A stretch of DNA of 64,000 nucleotides from NCBI GenBank assembly GCA_002762785.1, contig PCXY01000005.1, positions 392,849-456,848 on the forward strand, given 5' to 3'. This document shows, piece after piece, positions 46,183 to 56,591 of this stretch (the first letter of the stretch is position 1; the number at the start of each line of letters is the position of its first letter). The notes beneath the pieces are model-generated. The model did no database searches, was not told where the DNA came from, and saw only the letters and a list, made by a program, of their open reading frames with translations. The stretch comes from Candidatus Woesearchaeota archaeon CG10_big_fil_rev_8_21_14_0_10_45_16. GTDB lineage: Archaea > Nanobdellota > Nanobdellia > Woesearchaeales > GW2011-AR9. Position numbers and translations under genes: made by a program.

Positions 46183-48759
46183 ATGGCTGCTGCGAAGAAA
46201 CCACGACAGATTGATCCCAGAGCAAAGAGTTCTGGTACTAGTCAAGATCCTGATCCTTTAAATCTTCTTCAGAGCGGCGAATTACAGTTTGATGGAATAG
46301 GCTCTCAACCGACACCTGTCCCGCAATTCGTTGCAGGTGAACCGCCGGTTGTAGAATTACGTCTTCCTGAAAGTAGCATCCCTCCTGGACCTGGAACTCC
46401 TCCTCCGTATGAATTACCAGAATCTTCTTCACCTCCACCACGTTCTGATCCTCCGGCAGCCGTACGGCATGATCCTGTGATTGATCTGGAAGATGTTACT
46501 AATACGTTGTGGAGAGATGCTAGGACCGAGAGAGATGATATCAGGGGGCTGGTCCTTAGTGATACACAGTGGCTTTTGATGCCTAGCGACACCGTTCCCA
46601 AACCAGTAGGTAGAGATGAATGTGGCTATGGATTTAGCGACGCCCTGGTCTTTCACCCTGACGGCGCGATCGATGGTGCGTATCTATTAAGAAATATCGG
46701 AAGCACAGCAGAGCCTGAAGTTGTTGTCCTTCCATTAGGAAAGAATAGAGAAAATTATGCTTCTTTGAATTCTGCTACGTATACTCCTGGCGAAAAATTA
46801 GAGATGCATGTTTTCGAACCAAAAACATTTCCTGCTGACATTTTAACGAGAAAAACGACTTATTTGGATATGGCTGATCCGTCTACTGGCGATTGGTATG
46901 ATTTCTTGGAGACAGGAAAAGATGGGAAAGAAGTCAGATCTCTGGTTGATGTTCCAACAAGATCATTGTTGAGTATCGATGGACTTACGATGGATACTGG
47001 GGATGCCCGTGTCTTTTTCCGTTGGGGTGACGAGTTCCGTGAAGTTTATGGAAAAAGGATAGTTGGATACAAAGTGGCGGATCTAGAAGACGATCACACA
47101 CTCACTCCTCTTCCTGAAGAACCGCGTGCTGTTGCTACAGTTGTTGCTCCAGTGAGCATCTTTGAAAGATCGCCGTTTGAGTTTGAACCAGCAGAAGAAG
47201 ACCCTTTCTTAAGTAGTCCTGTGGTCGTGTACTACCGAAAAGATACTGATGGCAAAGTCCATGGGGTAGACCAGGAAAATGTAGTTCGTGATGATCTTTT
47301 TGAATCTAGGTCAGGAATGTTCTACGATCTGATAGACGAGTCGTTCAATGACCCGGATTTTATTGAAGATATCCTTCTTGATGTACGCCGCCGTCTTGCA
47401 GGTGATTCCAGTGAAAAAACAGTAAACGAAATCTTTGAAGAATTTAGGACTAAAATGTCCGAAGCTAGGAAAAAAGAAGTTTTAGCTGGAATGGGTGATC
47501 TCGTCTATGAGAAGGTCTTCCCTAATCTCAAATCTGCATTTGAGTTTGTTCAAGAGGGTTACATCGGTCGTATTGAAAACGGTCAGGAAGTCCTTTATCA
47601 TCTTAAAGATGGAAAATTAGGAAGAGTTGAAGATAGGCCCTTGGAAGAGTATACTAATAATGATCAGCTTCCAGCTTTTAGTGATGCTGAAGGTTTAGTA
47701 CATTTATTGGATACAGTTTCAGATGAGTATTTTACTTCTAATATGGTGCTTATCAAAAAGATGGATGAAAATTTAAAGCCTGAAGATTCACGTGATCTTG
47801 TCAACAGTGGGAGTGTTTTCGTCACTTTTGGTCGAGATAAAAATCCCGATGGATCATATTCAAATATGCTGGTGACTGGTGTAAAACCGTTGAGAAAAAA
47901 AGTTCCTCCTTCAGATCTTTTAGCCGGCGTTACTTTAGGTTCAGAGGGAACCGGTTCCGGATCTTATACTATCGGTGCAACTCCTGTTCCTGAGAGAGGT
48001 CCTGACGGTGGCGGTCCCAAAGAAGAAGTTACGGTTGTTGTCAATCCTCAAAAGATCTATACAAAAAGAAGGAACGCTTTGGTCGGCGCCGGTATCGTCG
48101 CTATCATTGGCTCTATCGGAGCTGCTATCTCTACCTACGATAGAGGCATGCCAACAGTTCCAGTTACTGCTGACGCCTCCATCGATGCGACAGTTGTTAC
48201 TGCAAGGAATTATGATCCCGATGCATCTGTAGATACTAAAAGAACATTGGAACTGTTCCCTGATCGGGTATCGATAGATGCTTATGTCCAAGATGCGATG
48301 GCACCAGAAGATGCCACTCCTGTTGATGCTGGTGTACAATATGGTGGTACGCAAACCTTCTCTGTCTTGGATAATATGTATAATCATCCTAACGTGTTAG
48401 AAGATAATAGCCTTACATTTGAACCGATTGAAACAAAGTTACCAACTTTCTATGAAAATTTGATCGGTTTCATGCAAGAGATGAGAAAGTCACCAGCTGC
48501 CCAGAAAGGACGGTATGATCTGATGGCGAAAGCTTTAAGGACTTTTACTGAAGAGCATTGTGGTGAAACACAATACAAAGCAGGTAATAATACTGCTCCT
48601 AAAACTTTTGCCAGAGGGGTCTTCAATCATCTTGCTCCTGAATCTCCCCAGCAGGATGTTGTCAGGGATCTTTTTGTTGAACTTTTGACAAAAGCTCTTC
48701 CTCATAAATTAAAAAAAGGTCATGCATACATCTCTTGCCATCAACCTTCTGAAGAATAA
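46183..48759 (+). CDS. Large orphan protein (858 aa) with a Pro-rich N-terminus and a single TM
   Basis: Long ORF with its own BRE/TATA at about 46143-46159; TM ALVGAGIVAIIGSIGAAI. Confidence 0.85.
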   Translation: MAAAKKPRQIDPRAKSSGTSQDPDPLNLLQSGELQFDGIGSQPTPVPQFVAGEPPVVELRLPESSIPPGPGTPPPYELPESSSPPPRSDPPAAVRHDPVIDLEDVTNTLWRDARTERDDIRGLVLSDTQWLLMPSDTVPKPVGRDECGYGFSDALVFHPDGAIDGAYLLRNIGSTAEPEVVVLPLGKNRENYASLNSATYTPGEKLEMHVFEPKTFPADILTRKTTYLDMADPSTGDWYDFLETGKDGKEVRSLVDVPTRSLLSIDGLTMDTGDARVFFRWGDEFREVYGKRIVGYKVADLEDDHTLTPLPEEPRAVATVVAPVSIFERSPFEFEPAEEDPFLSSPVVVYYRKDTDGKVHGVDQENVVRDDLFESRSGMFYDLIDESFNDPDFIEDILLDVRRRLAGDSSEKTVNEIFEEFRTKMSEARKKEVLAGMGDLVYEKVFPNLKSAFEFVQEGYIGRIENGQEVLYHLKDGKLGRVEDRPLEEYTNNDQLPAFSDAEGLVHLLDTVSDEYFTSNMVLIKKMDENLKPEDSRDLVNSGSVFVTFGRDKNPDGSYSNMLVTGVKPLRKKVPPSDLLAGVTLGSEGTGSGSYTIGATPVPERGPDGGGPKEEVTVVVNPQKIYTKRRNALVGAGIVAIIGSIGAAISTYDRGMPTVPVTADASIDATVVTARNYDPDASVDTKRTLELFPDRVSIDAYVQDAMAPEDATPVDAGVQYGGTQTFSVLDNMYNHPNVLEDNSLTFEPIETKLPTFYENLIGFMQEMRKSPAAQKGRYDLMAKALRTFTEEHCGETQYKAGNNTAPKTFARGVFNHLAPESPQQDVVRDLFVELLTKALPHKLKKGHAYISCHQPSEE

Positions 48760-48790
48760 TTCTATCACTACTCTTAGTTAGCAAAAACTC

Positions 48791-48807
48791 CCGAAAGATT
48801 TATAAAG
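48791..48807 (+). promoter_or_regulatory. BRE + TATA promoter of the surface-protein genes
   Basis: CCGAAAGA TTTATAAA; AAGGTGA SD before ATG 48854. Confidence 0.7.
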
Positions 48808-48853
48808 TGGTATCTACTCAGCAGTAGTATTACACTTAAGGTGATATAATACT

Positions 48854-50608
48854 ATGGAACTATTACAGAAATTAGGTGAGTATGTTGGACGCGTTTCTAA
48901 TATCGATATTAATAAATACCAAGTAGCAGCAGGTCTCGTCGGCGCTTTGGCCATCTCTCCTGCCTATGCGCAAGCTCCTACCGCTACCACTCCTGATATT
49001 GTCATCATTGAAGAAAATGGATCTGCCAACGAAGATGCTCCAGCTCCAACTACAGAAGGTTTGGTCAAACTTCTAGAAGGCGTAAAAACTGACAAAGATC
49101 CAAAACCAAAGCCAAAAGCCAGAGCTTACGTCGCTCCTAAAGCATCTCCAAGATGTAATGAGTACATGACCACTCCTGAGGCTACAAAAAAATTCAAAGA
49201 TTACGATGATGCCAAAGCTGTCTGTTATCCTTTGGAAGAGAATCAGAAAGCTTCGCTTAATAGACGTCTAAGAACAGACGACGGCAACTTTGCAGTCCAG
49301 GTCACTATCGATGGTCAAAAATACAACGCGATAGATTACCGACCAACAATCTGGCCGGAACAAGCCGTCTGCCCGGGAAACCTTTACTGTACTGTTTATA
49401 CTTCTCAAAGGCCAGTGGACGAAGTTAAAGCAACTACTACTGAGACCTATAACAGTGGCCAGACTACAATAATTAATCCTGTCGTATATCAAGAGCCAAA
49501 TCCTGATTTCAGTATAATTGATATCAATGGCGGAATCATTAGGGCAGGAGATGAATTAGTGTTTGTAGATCAGACAAGTACTGATAGAACCGCTTCTATT
49601 GCCTCCCGCGAATGGATTTTTGAGGATGGGAGTTCTGCCAATACCAAAAATACCTCTCACCGTTTTAATTCACCTGGAGAATATACTGTAAACCTCGTTG
49701 TTGAAGATAATCTAAACGGAAATCAAGCTTCTGCCACAAAGCAGTTCGTTGTTTTTCCAGCTTTGCCTAAATCTGAAAATCCAGATGCTCAAGTAGATGA
49801 TACTTTCGACGTAAGCTTAGATTCCATTATCGGGAGTCATCGTGTACCGTTCGGAAAAGATCTGGTTGGCGGCGTTACTGCCTCTGGTAGATATGTTGCC
49901 GGCAGTTCCTCAGCCACAAATGTTGGCGCTGAACTTAGCGTCGGCGCTTTGTTCGTTCCTGAAGAAAGCAACGTTTCCAGAACTCCTGGTCAAGAAGAGT
50001 TTGTTGCAAGCAGGTTCTCCGAAGGAGATGGCCTTCAGCGAGATCATATAGACTGGCAAAGAGACACCAATGCTTATGTTGTTCCAGAAGTAAATCTTCA
50101 ACTATTACTTGAAAATCCTTTATCACCAAATTGGAAGCTTGGGCACCAAGTAGGTATAAACGCAAGATATCTCTCCCGCGGTGTTGAAACCGGCGAACTT
50201 ATTGAAGAGACTAACATTATCAATGGTACTCCTTCTGCGAGAGAAGGCCCGCAAGAATTAGGTGAAGAACCAGAGAATATCCACACGTCTAGAGTTCAGG
50301 CTTTCCAATGGGGTTTCGATGTTGGAACTGGTATCTTCTTCGATGCCAGGAAAAAAGAACTCAATCTTGAAGCTGGTCTAGAAGCGGTGCTTCATGCTTC
50401 TCCACGTGTTGAAAGATTTGACCTTCCAAGAGAGATTGGTTTCGATATCAATGCTGAAGTTGCTGTCCCTATCCATTTAGGTAGTGATCTTTACCTTGTT
50501 CCGTCTTTCGAAACCGGACCTGAGTTTGCTGAAGATGGCAACAGCTGGTATTGGCAGTTAGGACTCGGTGCTCGCTTCAATATCCCGCAAGGGGAGGACA
50601 ACCAATGA
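48854..50608 (+). CDS. Secreted PKD-domain protein with a predicted C-terminal beta-barrel
   Basis: Signal AYA|Q; PKD motif (WIFEDG...HRFNSPGEYTVNL); about 10 amphipathic strands. Confidence 0.8.
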   Translation: MELLQKLGEYVGRVSNIDINKYQVAAGLVGALAISPAYAQAPTATTPDIVIIEENGSANEDAPAPTTEGLVKLLEGVKTDKDPKPKPKARAYVAPKASPRCNEYMTTPEATKKFKDYDDAKAVCYPLEENQKASLNRRLRTDDGNFAVQVTIDGQKYNAIDYRPTIWPEQAVCPGNLYCTVYTSQRPVDEVKATTTETYNSGQTTIINPVVYQEPNPDFSIIDINGGIIRAGDELVFVDQTSTDRTASIASREWIFEDGSSANTKNTSHRFNSPGEYTVNLVVEDNLNGNQASATKQFVVFPALPKSENPDAQVDDTFDVSLDSIIGSHRVPFGKDLVGGVTASGRYVAGSSSATNVGAELSVGALFVPEESNVSRTPGQEEFVASRFSEGDGLQRDHIDWQRDTNAYVVPEVNLQLLLENPLSPNWKLGHQVGINARYLSRGVETGELIEETNIINGTPSAREGPQELGEEPENIHTSRVQAFQWGFDVGTGIFFDARKKELNLEAGLEAVLHASPRVERFDLPREIGFDINAEVAVPIHLGSDLYLVPSFETGPEFAEDGNSWYWQLGLGARFNIPQGEDNQ

Positions 50609-52911
50609 GAACAGCATATTTCGTACCTCTTATACTATTGATCATCTTAACACCTATGGTGTTAGCTGATACTACTCCAAATGTAAACCTTTTCATTAAT
50701 TGGCAAGGCACTGATGAAGATCCATTGCATGTTGACCATCGAGACGTGGCCACATTTAGGGTTGTGGCCTCAGCCGGAGAAGGCGCTTTGATGGATGTTT
50801 ACGTTGACCTTCGTAATTCTGACGGTGCACTGCGGCAAAGACTTGATGAAGTACAGAATGTTGGCGGCGTCTTTGAGAATATTTACATGGTCGATACTAC
50901 AGATCTTGCTGATGGAAATCATATTATAAGAGTTCTTGTCAGAAATGACAATGATGCGACAGAATTTATAGAAAGCTTCCTAATGCTTCAAGTGTTTAAT
51001 CACGATACTGACGGCGACGGCACTCCTGATGATGAAGATGCCTTCCCCAACGATCCCGATGAAGCAAGAGATGCTGACGGCGACGGTATCGGCAACGGAG
51101 CTGACAACTGCCCGATTACAGCGAATCCAGGCCAGGAAAACCAAGATGGTGACGCGAGAGGCGACGCTTGCGATTCTGACAGAGACGGCGATGGTGTTAG
51201 AAACCAGGATGATATCTGTCCTAACGATCCAAGAAACTTATGTAATGTTGGTCCAGTTGAAATAGTACCTCCTGGTCCAATAATCGTTTGCTTTGATTTG
51301 AACAACAACGGAATCTGTGATTCTGAAGAAGACTTACCTCCTGCTGATTTACCACCTGTAATTGAAGATCCAATCAGAGATAACTTCAATATCAACGAAG
51401 GTCAGACTATTGCTTTTTCAATTAATGGTCGTGATCCTGAAGGAGAAGAAATTAATTATTTAATCCTAGAAAACTGTGAAGGAGAAGGTGCAGCTTGTTT
51501 CACCAGAAACATTTTAAGAGCACTAGCTTCCGCAGCAGGTTATTACGATCTTCCAGAAGGTGCAACCTTTGACGATAATACTGGCAGATTTAGGTTCAAT
51601 CCAGATAATAATTTTGTAACTCATCAAGAAGGTCAGAAAGTTGTTGAGCTAGTCTTTGCAGTACGTGCAGGTAGACAGACTTCTCAAGAAAAACTAGTTA
51701 CTATCACAGTAAATGATAAGAACAAAGTTCCTGTCTTTGATGAAAATCTTCCTGATGAGCTAAACATCCCTGCAGGAAGAGAAGTCTCACTTAATCTTCA
51801 TGCGACTGATGCAGATGAAGAAGATAATCTTGTTTACAACATGCTAAGCCGGCCAGTCTTGCCTGGAGCTTTTAATCCTGCTACACAGGAATTCCAGTTT
51901 ACACCAGCCGGTGACTTTGACCGTTACTTCATGACTTTCAGCGTGACTGATGGTATTACCATCACTAGACATAATCTGGTGATAAATGTCTTAAATATTG
52001 CAGATGCAGATGTAGATGCAGACGCTGATGGCATTCCAAACGATCGAGACAACTGTCCTTTGGTCTTTAACCCTGGTCAGGAAGACATGGATGGTAATGG
52101 TATCGGCGATGTCTGTGATGGAGATACGGATGGCGACAATGTTCCTAATGATGTTGACAACTGTTCTATTGTCTTCAATCCAGATCAAGCAGATGCTGAC
52201 GGCAATGGTATCGGTGACGCTTGTGATGATGTTATCGAAAGCATAGGTATCCCTGAAGATTCCTGTGATGACCTCAACAATAACGGCGTCTGTGACTTTG
52301 AAGAAGGCATAGTTCCGCCTAATCCTGTCGGCAACAGACCTCCAAAGATAATCTCCGTTCCAGAGGAAACTGCTGGTGTCGGTGACGATTATACTTACCA
52401 AGTCAGAGCTGTCGATCCAGACGGTGACTTCCTTACTTACCGGTTAGTCGACGGTCCTGATGGCATGACCATGACCCCTAACGGTCTGGTCGATTGGCGG
52501 GTTGCTGATGAAGGTATCTACCATGTTGCAGTCGTCGTCTCAGACGGCCTTGCTCAGGCCAGACAGGAATACAACTTGCGTGTACGATCTTTTACGGGAG
52601 AACCAGAACTCTCCCACGTCGCAGTACTTTCAGAGTACGTCTCTGCCGGCGATGACGTCTTCGTCCGAGTCATAATCGACAACGAAGGCTACCGCCAGCT
52701 GGATGATTTCCGAGTGACCGCGATGATCCCTGAACTAGGGGTTTTCGCATCCTCAGGTGATTTCGTCCTGGATGAACTGAACCCTGAAAGTTTCGATCTG
52801 GTATTGCCTCTTCCGTACTACGCGGAACCGGGCGTCTACCTGATTCAGGTGACGATCAAAGATGATCACTTCCATGAGACAGCCTTTAGACAGGTTGTTG
52901 TAGTGGGATGA
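50605..52911 (+). CDS. Secreted adhesin with thrombospondin type 3 repeats and Ig/cadherin-like domains
   Basis: DADGDGIG..DNCP...NP.Q.D.D repeats and NRPP..YTYQVRAVDPDGD; ATGA overlap. Confidence 0.9.
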   Translation: MRTAYFVPLILLIILTPMVLADTTPNVNLFINWQGTDEDPLHVDHRDVATFRVVASAGEGALMDVYVDLRNSDGALRQRLDEVQNVGGVFENIYMVDTTDLADGNHIIRVLVRNDNDATEFIESFLMLQVFNHDTDGDGTPDDEDAFPNDPDEARDADGDGIGNGADNCPITANPGQENQDGDARGDACDSDRDGDGVRNQDDICPNDPRNLCNVGPVEIVPPGPIIVCFDLNNNGICDSEEDLPPADLPPVIEDPIRDNFNINEGQTIAFSINGRDPEGEEINYLILENCEGEGAACFTRNILRALASAAGYYDLPEGATFDDNTGRFRFNPDNNFVTHQEGQKVVELVFAVRAGRQTSQEKLVTITVNDKNKVPVFDENLPDELNIPAGREVSLNLHATDADEEDNLVYNMLSRPVLPGAFNPATQEFQFTPAGDFDRYFMTFSVTDGITITRHNLVINVLNIADADVDADADGIPNDRDNCPLVFNPGQEDMDGNGIGDVCDGDTDGDNVPNDVDNCSIVFNPDQADADGNGIGDACDDVIESIGIPEDSCDDLNNNGVCDFEEGIVPPNPVGNRPPKIISVPEETAGVGDDYTYQVRAVDPDGDFLTYRLVDGPDGMTMTPNGLVDWRVADEGIYHVAVVVSDGLAQARQEYNLRVRSFTGEPELSHVAVLSEYVSAGDDVFVRVIIDNEGYRQLDDFRVTAMIPELGVFASSGDFVLDELNPESFDLVLPLPYYAEPGVYLIQVTIKDDHFHETAFRQVVVVG

Positions 52912-53056
52912 TTATTTTAGAGTGGTTATGTTGTGTAACTACTTTGAAATACTAAAACCAACGAAAAGTTTATAAATGACCTCTCTTTTAAGAGGGCAAA
53001 TACGGGGTGTTTTCCCTGAAAATTACGATCCAAAAATTTGGAGGAAGAAAAGAAAA

Positions 53057-54361
53057 ATGAGAAAATTAACAGCTTTAATGGCTTTGTTTGTACTGAGCCT
53101 CTTGAGCGTCTCTCTTGTGAGCGCAGCTTTTGCTCCGGGAGAACTTGACATTGTCGAAGTTGAGATCGACGACGTTAGCGTAGACCTCTTGACCCAGGCA
53201 GACATCGAGAATAGTAATGTTGACAGCGAAGCAGGCTTCGTTGTCGAAGAAGGAGCAGAACTGAACATCAGAGTGCTTCTTGAATCAACTACCAACGTGG
53301 AAGATATCCAGGTAGAAGCAGAGATTCGCGGATACGAATATGACGATTATGAAGACATCTCCGACCGCACTCACATCTATGACTTGGATGGAACCAACAC
53401 CGCAGCGAGAAAAAACGCTCGATTGACCCTAAATCTGCCAAACAGACTAGAGGATGATCGATACTTGCTACGCCTGACTGTTGAAGACAAAGACAGCCCA
53501 TCACTAGTACGATATGTTGTTCTTCAGGTTGAACCTCAACGCCACGGCCTAGACATCGCTGATGTTGCGTTCTCCCCAGGAAATACCGTGCAGGCTGGTC
53601 GTTCCCTCCTAGCAAGCGTCTTGCTTGAAAACTACGGAGATAAAGACGAAAAAGACGTCAAAGTCACAGTCGCTATGCCAGAACTAGGCGTCAGCGCAAC
53701 TGAATACGTTGATAAAGTCGAGACCGACAACCACAACGTAGACTACGAAGACGTTCCAGAAATGTTTTTAGCTATCCCAGCAACCACTGCAACTGGTGAC
53801 TATCAAGTTGTCGTTACTGCTCAGTATGACGATTTGAGAGAAACCGTTACCAAAACCTACAATGTTCATGTGACTGAGAACTTAATGTTCCAAGAATCTG
53901 ACAAGCTAGTTTTAGCTGTTGGTCCTGAATCACAGACCATTATGGCTGGTACAACTGCAAGTTACGGCGTAGCCTTGACCAACGCTGGTCGACAATCCAA
54001 AGCATACATCTTGGAAGTTGTCAGCAATGGCGCAGTTCAAGCAACCCTAAGTGAAAACCTAGTAGTTCTTGAACCAGGCAAAAACAAAGTTGTCCGTGTT
54101 GACGTAACCCCTGTTGAAGGCGCAGTCGGCGAACAGATGGTTTCCCTTGTCATCCGATCAGGATCTGACGAACTGGAAACTGTTGCTCTACGAGCTAATG
54201 TTGTTCCAAGCGCTGGAAAAGCAGGCAATGTCAGCCTACGAAACGGCTTTGAGATCGCCGCTATCGTCCTAGTAGTGTTGATCGTGATCATCGGTTTGAT
54301 CATCGGCTTCAGCAGACTACGAAAAGACGACGCTGAGGAAGAAGAGCAAACGTACTACTAA
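53057..54361 (+). CDS. Putative S-layer / major surface protein (Ig/CARDB-like domains, C-terminal TM)
   Basis: Strong promoter at about 52961, GGAGG SD, signal VSA|A, acidic beta-rich sequence, TM plus EEEEQTYY tail. Confidence 0.75.
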   Translation: MRKLTALMALFVLSLLSVSLVSAAFAPGELDIVEVEIDDVSVDLLTQADIENSNVDSEAGFVVEEGAELNIRVLLESTTNVEDIQVEAEIRGYEYDDYEDISDRTHIYDLDGTNTAARKNARLTLNLPNRLEDDRYLLRLTVEDKDSPSLVRYVVLQVEPQRHGLDIADVAFSPGNTVQAGRSLLASVLLENYGDKDEKDVKVTVAMPELGVSATEYVDKVETDNHNVDYEDVPEMFLAIPATTATGDYQVVVTAQYDDLRETVTKTYNVHVTENLMFQESDKLVLAVGPESQTIMAGTTASYGVALTNAGRQSKAYILEVVSNGAVQATLSENLVVLEPGKNKVVRVDVTPVEGAVGEQMVSLVIRSGSDELETVALRANVVPSAGKAGNVSLRNGFEIAAIVLVVLIVIIGLIIGFSRLRKDDAEEEEQTYY

Positions 54362-54385
54362 GTACGTATAAACTCTTCCTCCAAA

Positions 54386-54421
54386 TTTTTTTCTTTTTTA
54401 CTTTTTTTCAACTTTCTTTTT
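54386..54421 (+). terminator. Oligo-T archaeal terminator
   Basis: Several T5-T7 tracts directly after the surface-protein gene. Confidence 0.6.
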
Positions 54422-54458
54422 AACAACATTTTTAAAGCCTTTTCTTCGCTGATCTAAG

Positions 54459-55544
54459 ATGAAAATAGTAGTCATAGGAGCTGGACCGATCGGCTGTTAC
54501 GCCGCTTATCAGCTGGCGAAAGAAGGCCATTCTGTCTCGGTCTATGAGAACCATCCGCAGGTCGGCAGGCCTATCCAGTGCACCGGTATCATCACGTCCG
54601 ATTTTGATCGTCTAGGCTTCCCTCTCGACAGCTTCCTGGTAAACACCATCGATTCGATCGAAGTCTTCTCTCCTGAAGAAAAATTGGCTGTCAAGCAGAA
54701 AGATTATATCGTCTGCCGCCATAAGTTTGACAATTTCTTTGCGGATCTGGCTGTAAAAGCAGGTGCTGAGATCTTTGTGAACCATTCATTTCAAAGGAAA
54801 GAAGGCGACACTCTGGTCATCAAAAACTCTTCCGAGGATAAAGAACTGCGTGTAAAGCCGGATATCGTCATCGGCGCTGATGGTCCTTTGTCACCGACGG
54901 CCAAAGCCTATGGCTTTTATCATCCTGAGAGAGAGAACTACTTTGGGGTGCAGGCGGTAGTGGAAGGCCGTTTTGAACCGCATACCATCAAGACTTACTT
55001 CGGCCGGAAAGTCTGTCCCGGCTTATTTGCCTGGGTCACGCCGGAGTCGCCTACGCTGGCTAGGATCGGTCTGGCAACGACCAAGAACAGCAAGCAGCAC
55101 TTCGACAGCTTCATGAAAGAACATGGCTTTACAGCTAAAGAGATGCAGGCAGGGACGATTCCGATCTACCAACCCAAGCAGAAGCTGCAAAAAGATAACT
55201 GCTATCTGGTCGGCGATGCCTCTACTTATGTGAAAGCGACTACTCTGGGCGGTTTAGTCCCGGGCTTACAGCAGGTTCAGATCTTGGTCGATTGTATCGT
55301 CCATAAGAAAGAGTATGAGGCAGAAGTCAAGCCTTTGCGGAAACAGATGTGGACGCACCTGCAGATCCATAAGATCATGGAGAAGTTCTCTGATAAAGAC
55401 TGGGATCGGCTGATACGATATGTCAACCAGCCTAAGATCAGGTCGTTATTCGAGAGATATACTCGAGATAACCCTATACCGCTATTGACGAAAGCAGTAC
55501 TGAAAGAGCCGCGATTCTTGTTATTTTTGAAGTACTTGTTCTAG
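54459..55544 (+). CDS. Geranylgeranyl reductase-family FAD oxidoreductase
   Basis: GAGPIG, PIQCTG, GADG, FAWVTP and LVGDA motifs. Confidence 0.88.
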   Translation: MKIVVIGAGPIGCYAAYQLAKEGHSVSVYENHPQVGRPIQCTGIITSDFDRLGFPLDSFLVNTIDSIEVFSPEEKLAVKQKDYIVCRHKFDNFFADLAVKAGAEIFVNHSFQRKEGDTLVIKNSSEDKELRVKPDIVIGADGPLSPTAKAYGFYHPERENYFGVQAVVEGRFEPHTIKTYFGRKVCPGLFAWVTPESPTLARIGLATTKNSKQHFDSFMKEHGFTAKEMQAGTIPIYQPKQKLQKDNCYLVGDASTYVKATTLGGLVPGLQQVQILVDCIVHKKEYEAEVKPLRKQMWTHLQIHKIMEKFSDKDWDRLIRYVNQPKIRSLFERYTRDNPIPLLTKAVLKEPRFLLFLKYLF

Positions 55545-56044
55545 CACCAGATGATATCGTTTAGCACTTCCATCCAGCCGTGCGGATTGCAATGGCAGTA
55601 AGGATGCTGGTAATACCGTTCCGTATAGATGGTCATGCCGGCCTCTTCTACCATCTGCCGGTTCTCTTCCGAGATATAGTTATACGGCGGTCGGAACAGT
55701 TCTGGTCTACTGCCAAAACACTGCTCAAACATCCCTATGGCTTCATTGAGTTCTTCCTGTGAAATATTCCCGCCGAACTCGTGATAGCTATGGGTGATCC
55801 CATGCAGTCCTACGGTCTTGTTGCTGTTCCTGATAGTCTCACACCATTCTGGGAACTCTGTCAAAGGAACATCCCCAAACTTGGGGGTGACGTAGAGGAC
55901 GTCTGCTTTTTCGAGAAGCGACCCATCGCAGCTGTTCGATGGATGGACGTCATCGACGATAAGAGGATTTCTGCTCTGGATGAGGAGGATGAGGTAGGCT
56001 GTCACTATCACGACAGCAATCCATCTTAGGAAACGGCAAGCCAT
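55541..56044 (-). CDS. DUF2334/polysaccharide deacetylase-like protein
   Basis: DDVHP, LHGITH and FRPP motifs; N-terminal TM. Confidence 0.82.
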   Translation of the reverse strand: MACRFLRWIAVVIVTAYLILLIQSRNPLIVDDVHPSNSCDGSLLEKADVLYVTPKFGDVPLTEFPEWCETIRNSNKTVGLHGITHSYHEFGGNISQEELNEAIGMFEQCFGSRPELFRPPYNYISEENRQMVEEAGMTIYTERYYQHPYCHCNPHGWMEVLNDIIWC

Positions 56045-56109
56045 ATTAAGAGAACGGATCTAAAACGGTTTTAAATAACCATCGATAAAAAAAGATAAAA
56101 AATAATTAA

Positions 56110-56475
56110 TTAATCTTTAGCCAGGTTGATCACGGCTCGCACGGCAACAACTACGACAGACGGCACGGCAAAAGCCATGATCGCGCTGAAGATGCTCTGT
56201 AGATATGCTCCTACATACTGCAACTCAGCAAAAACGTCGCCGCTGATCCATGACACGATCATCAAAGCAGTCACGAACAGCACGTAATCCTTCTGCTCCT
56301 TCGCCGTAATGTTGAAAAACCCGACGATAATACCTGCAGCGATCAAGACGCTCAACAGTACCGCAACTGTGCTGGCTGGCAGCTGGGCAGAGACGATCCC
56401 CAAAACAAGAGCGATAACGATGCCTACCGTAAAAGCCCAGGCGATAAGCTTATTTGCTATTTTTTTAACACCCAT
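56110..56475 (-). CDS. Hypothetical 4-TM membrane protein
   Basis: GAGG SD; GIIVGFFNIT.KE. Confidence 0.8.
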   Translation of the reverse strand: MGVKKIANKLIAWAFTVGIVIALVLGIVSAQLPASTVAVLLSVLIAAGIIVGFFNITAKEQKDYVLFVTALMIVSWISGDVFAELQYVGAYLQSIFSAIMAFAVPSVVVVAVRAVINLAKD

Positions 56476-56591
56476 TTTTACAAACCTCTTTTTTTTGAAT
56501 TTACTTTAGGCTTCTTAAAGAAAAGAACTTTTTAAAGGTTTGTTATCTTCCGGGAGTAGCTTCAGGGAGTAGTTTAAGGAAGAAAATAAAC

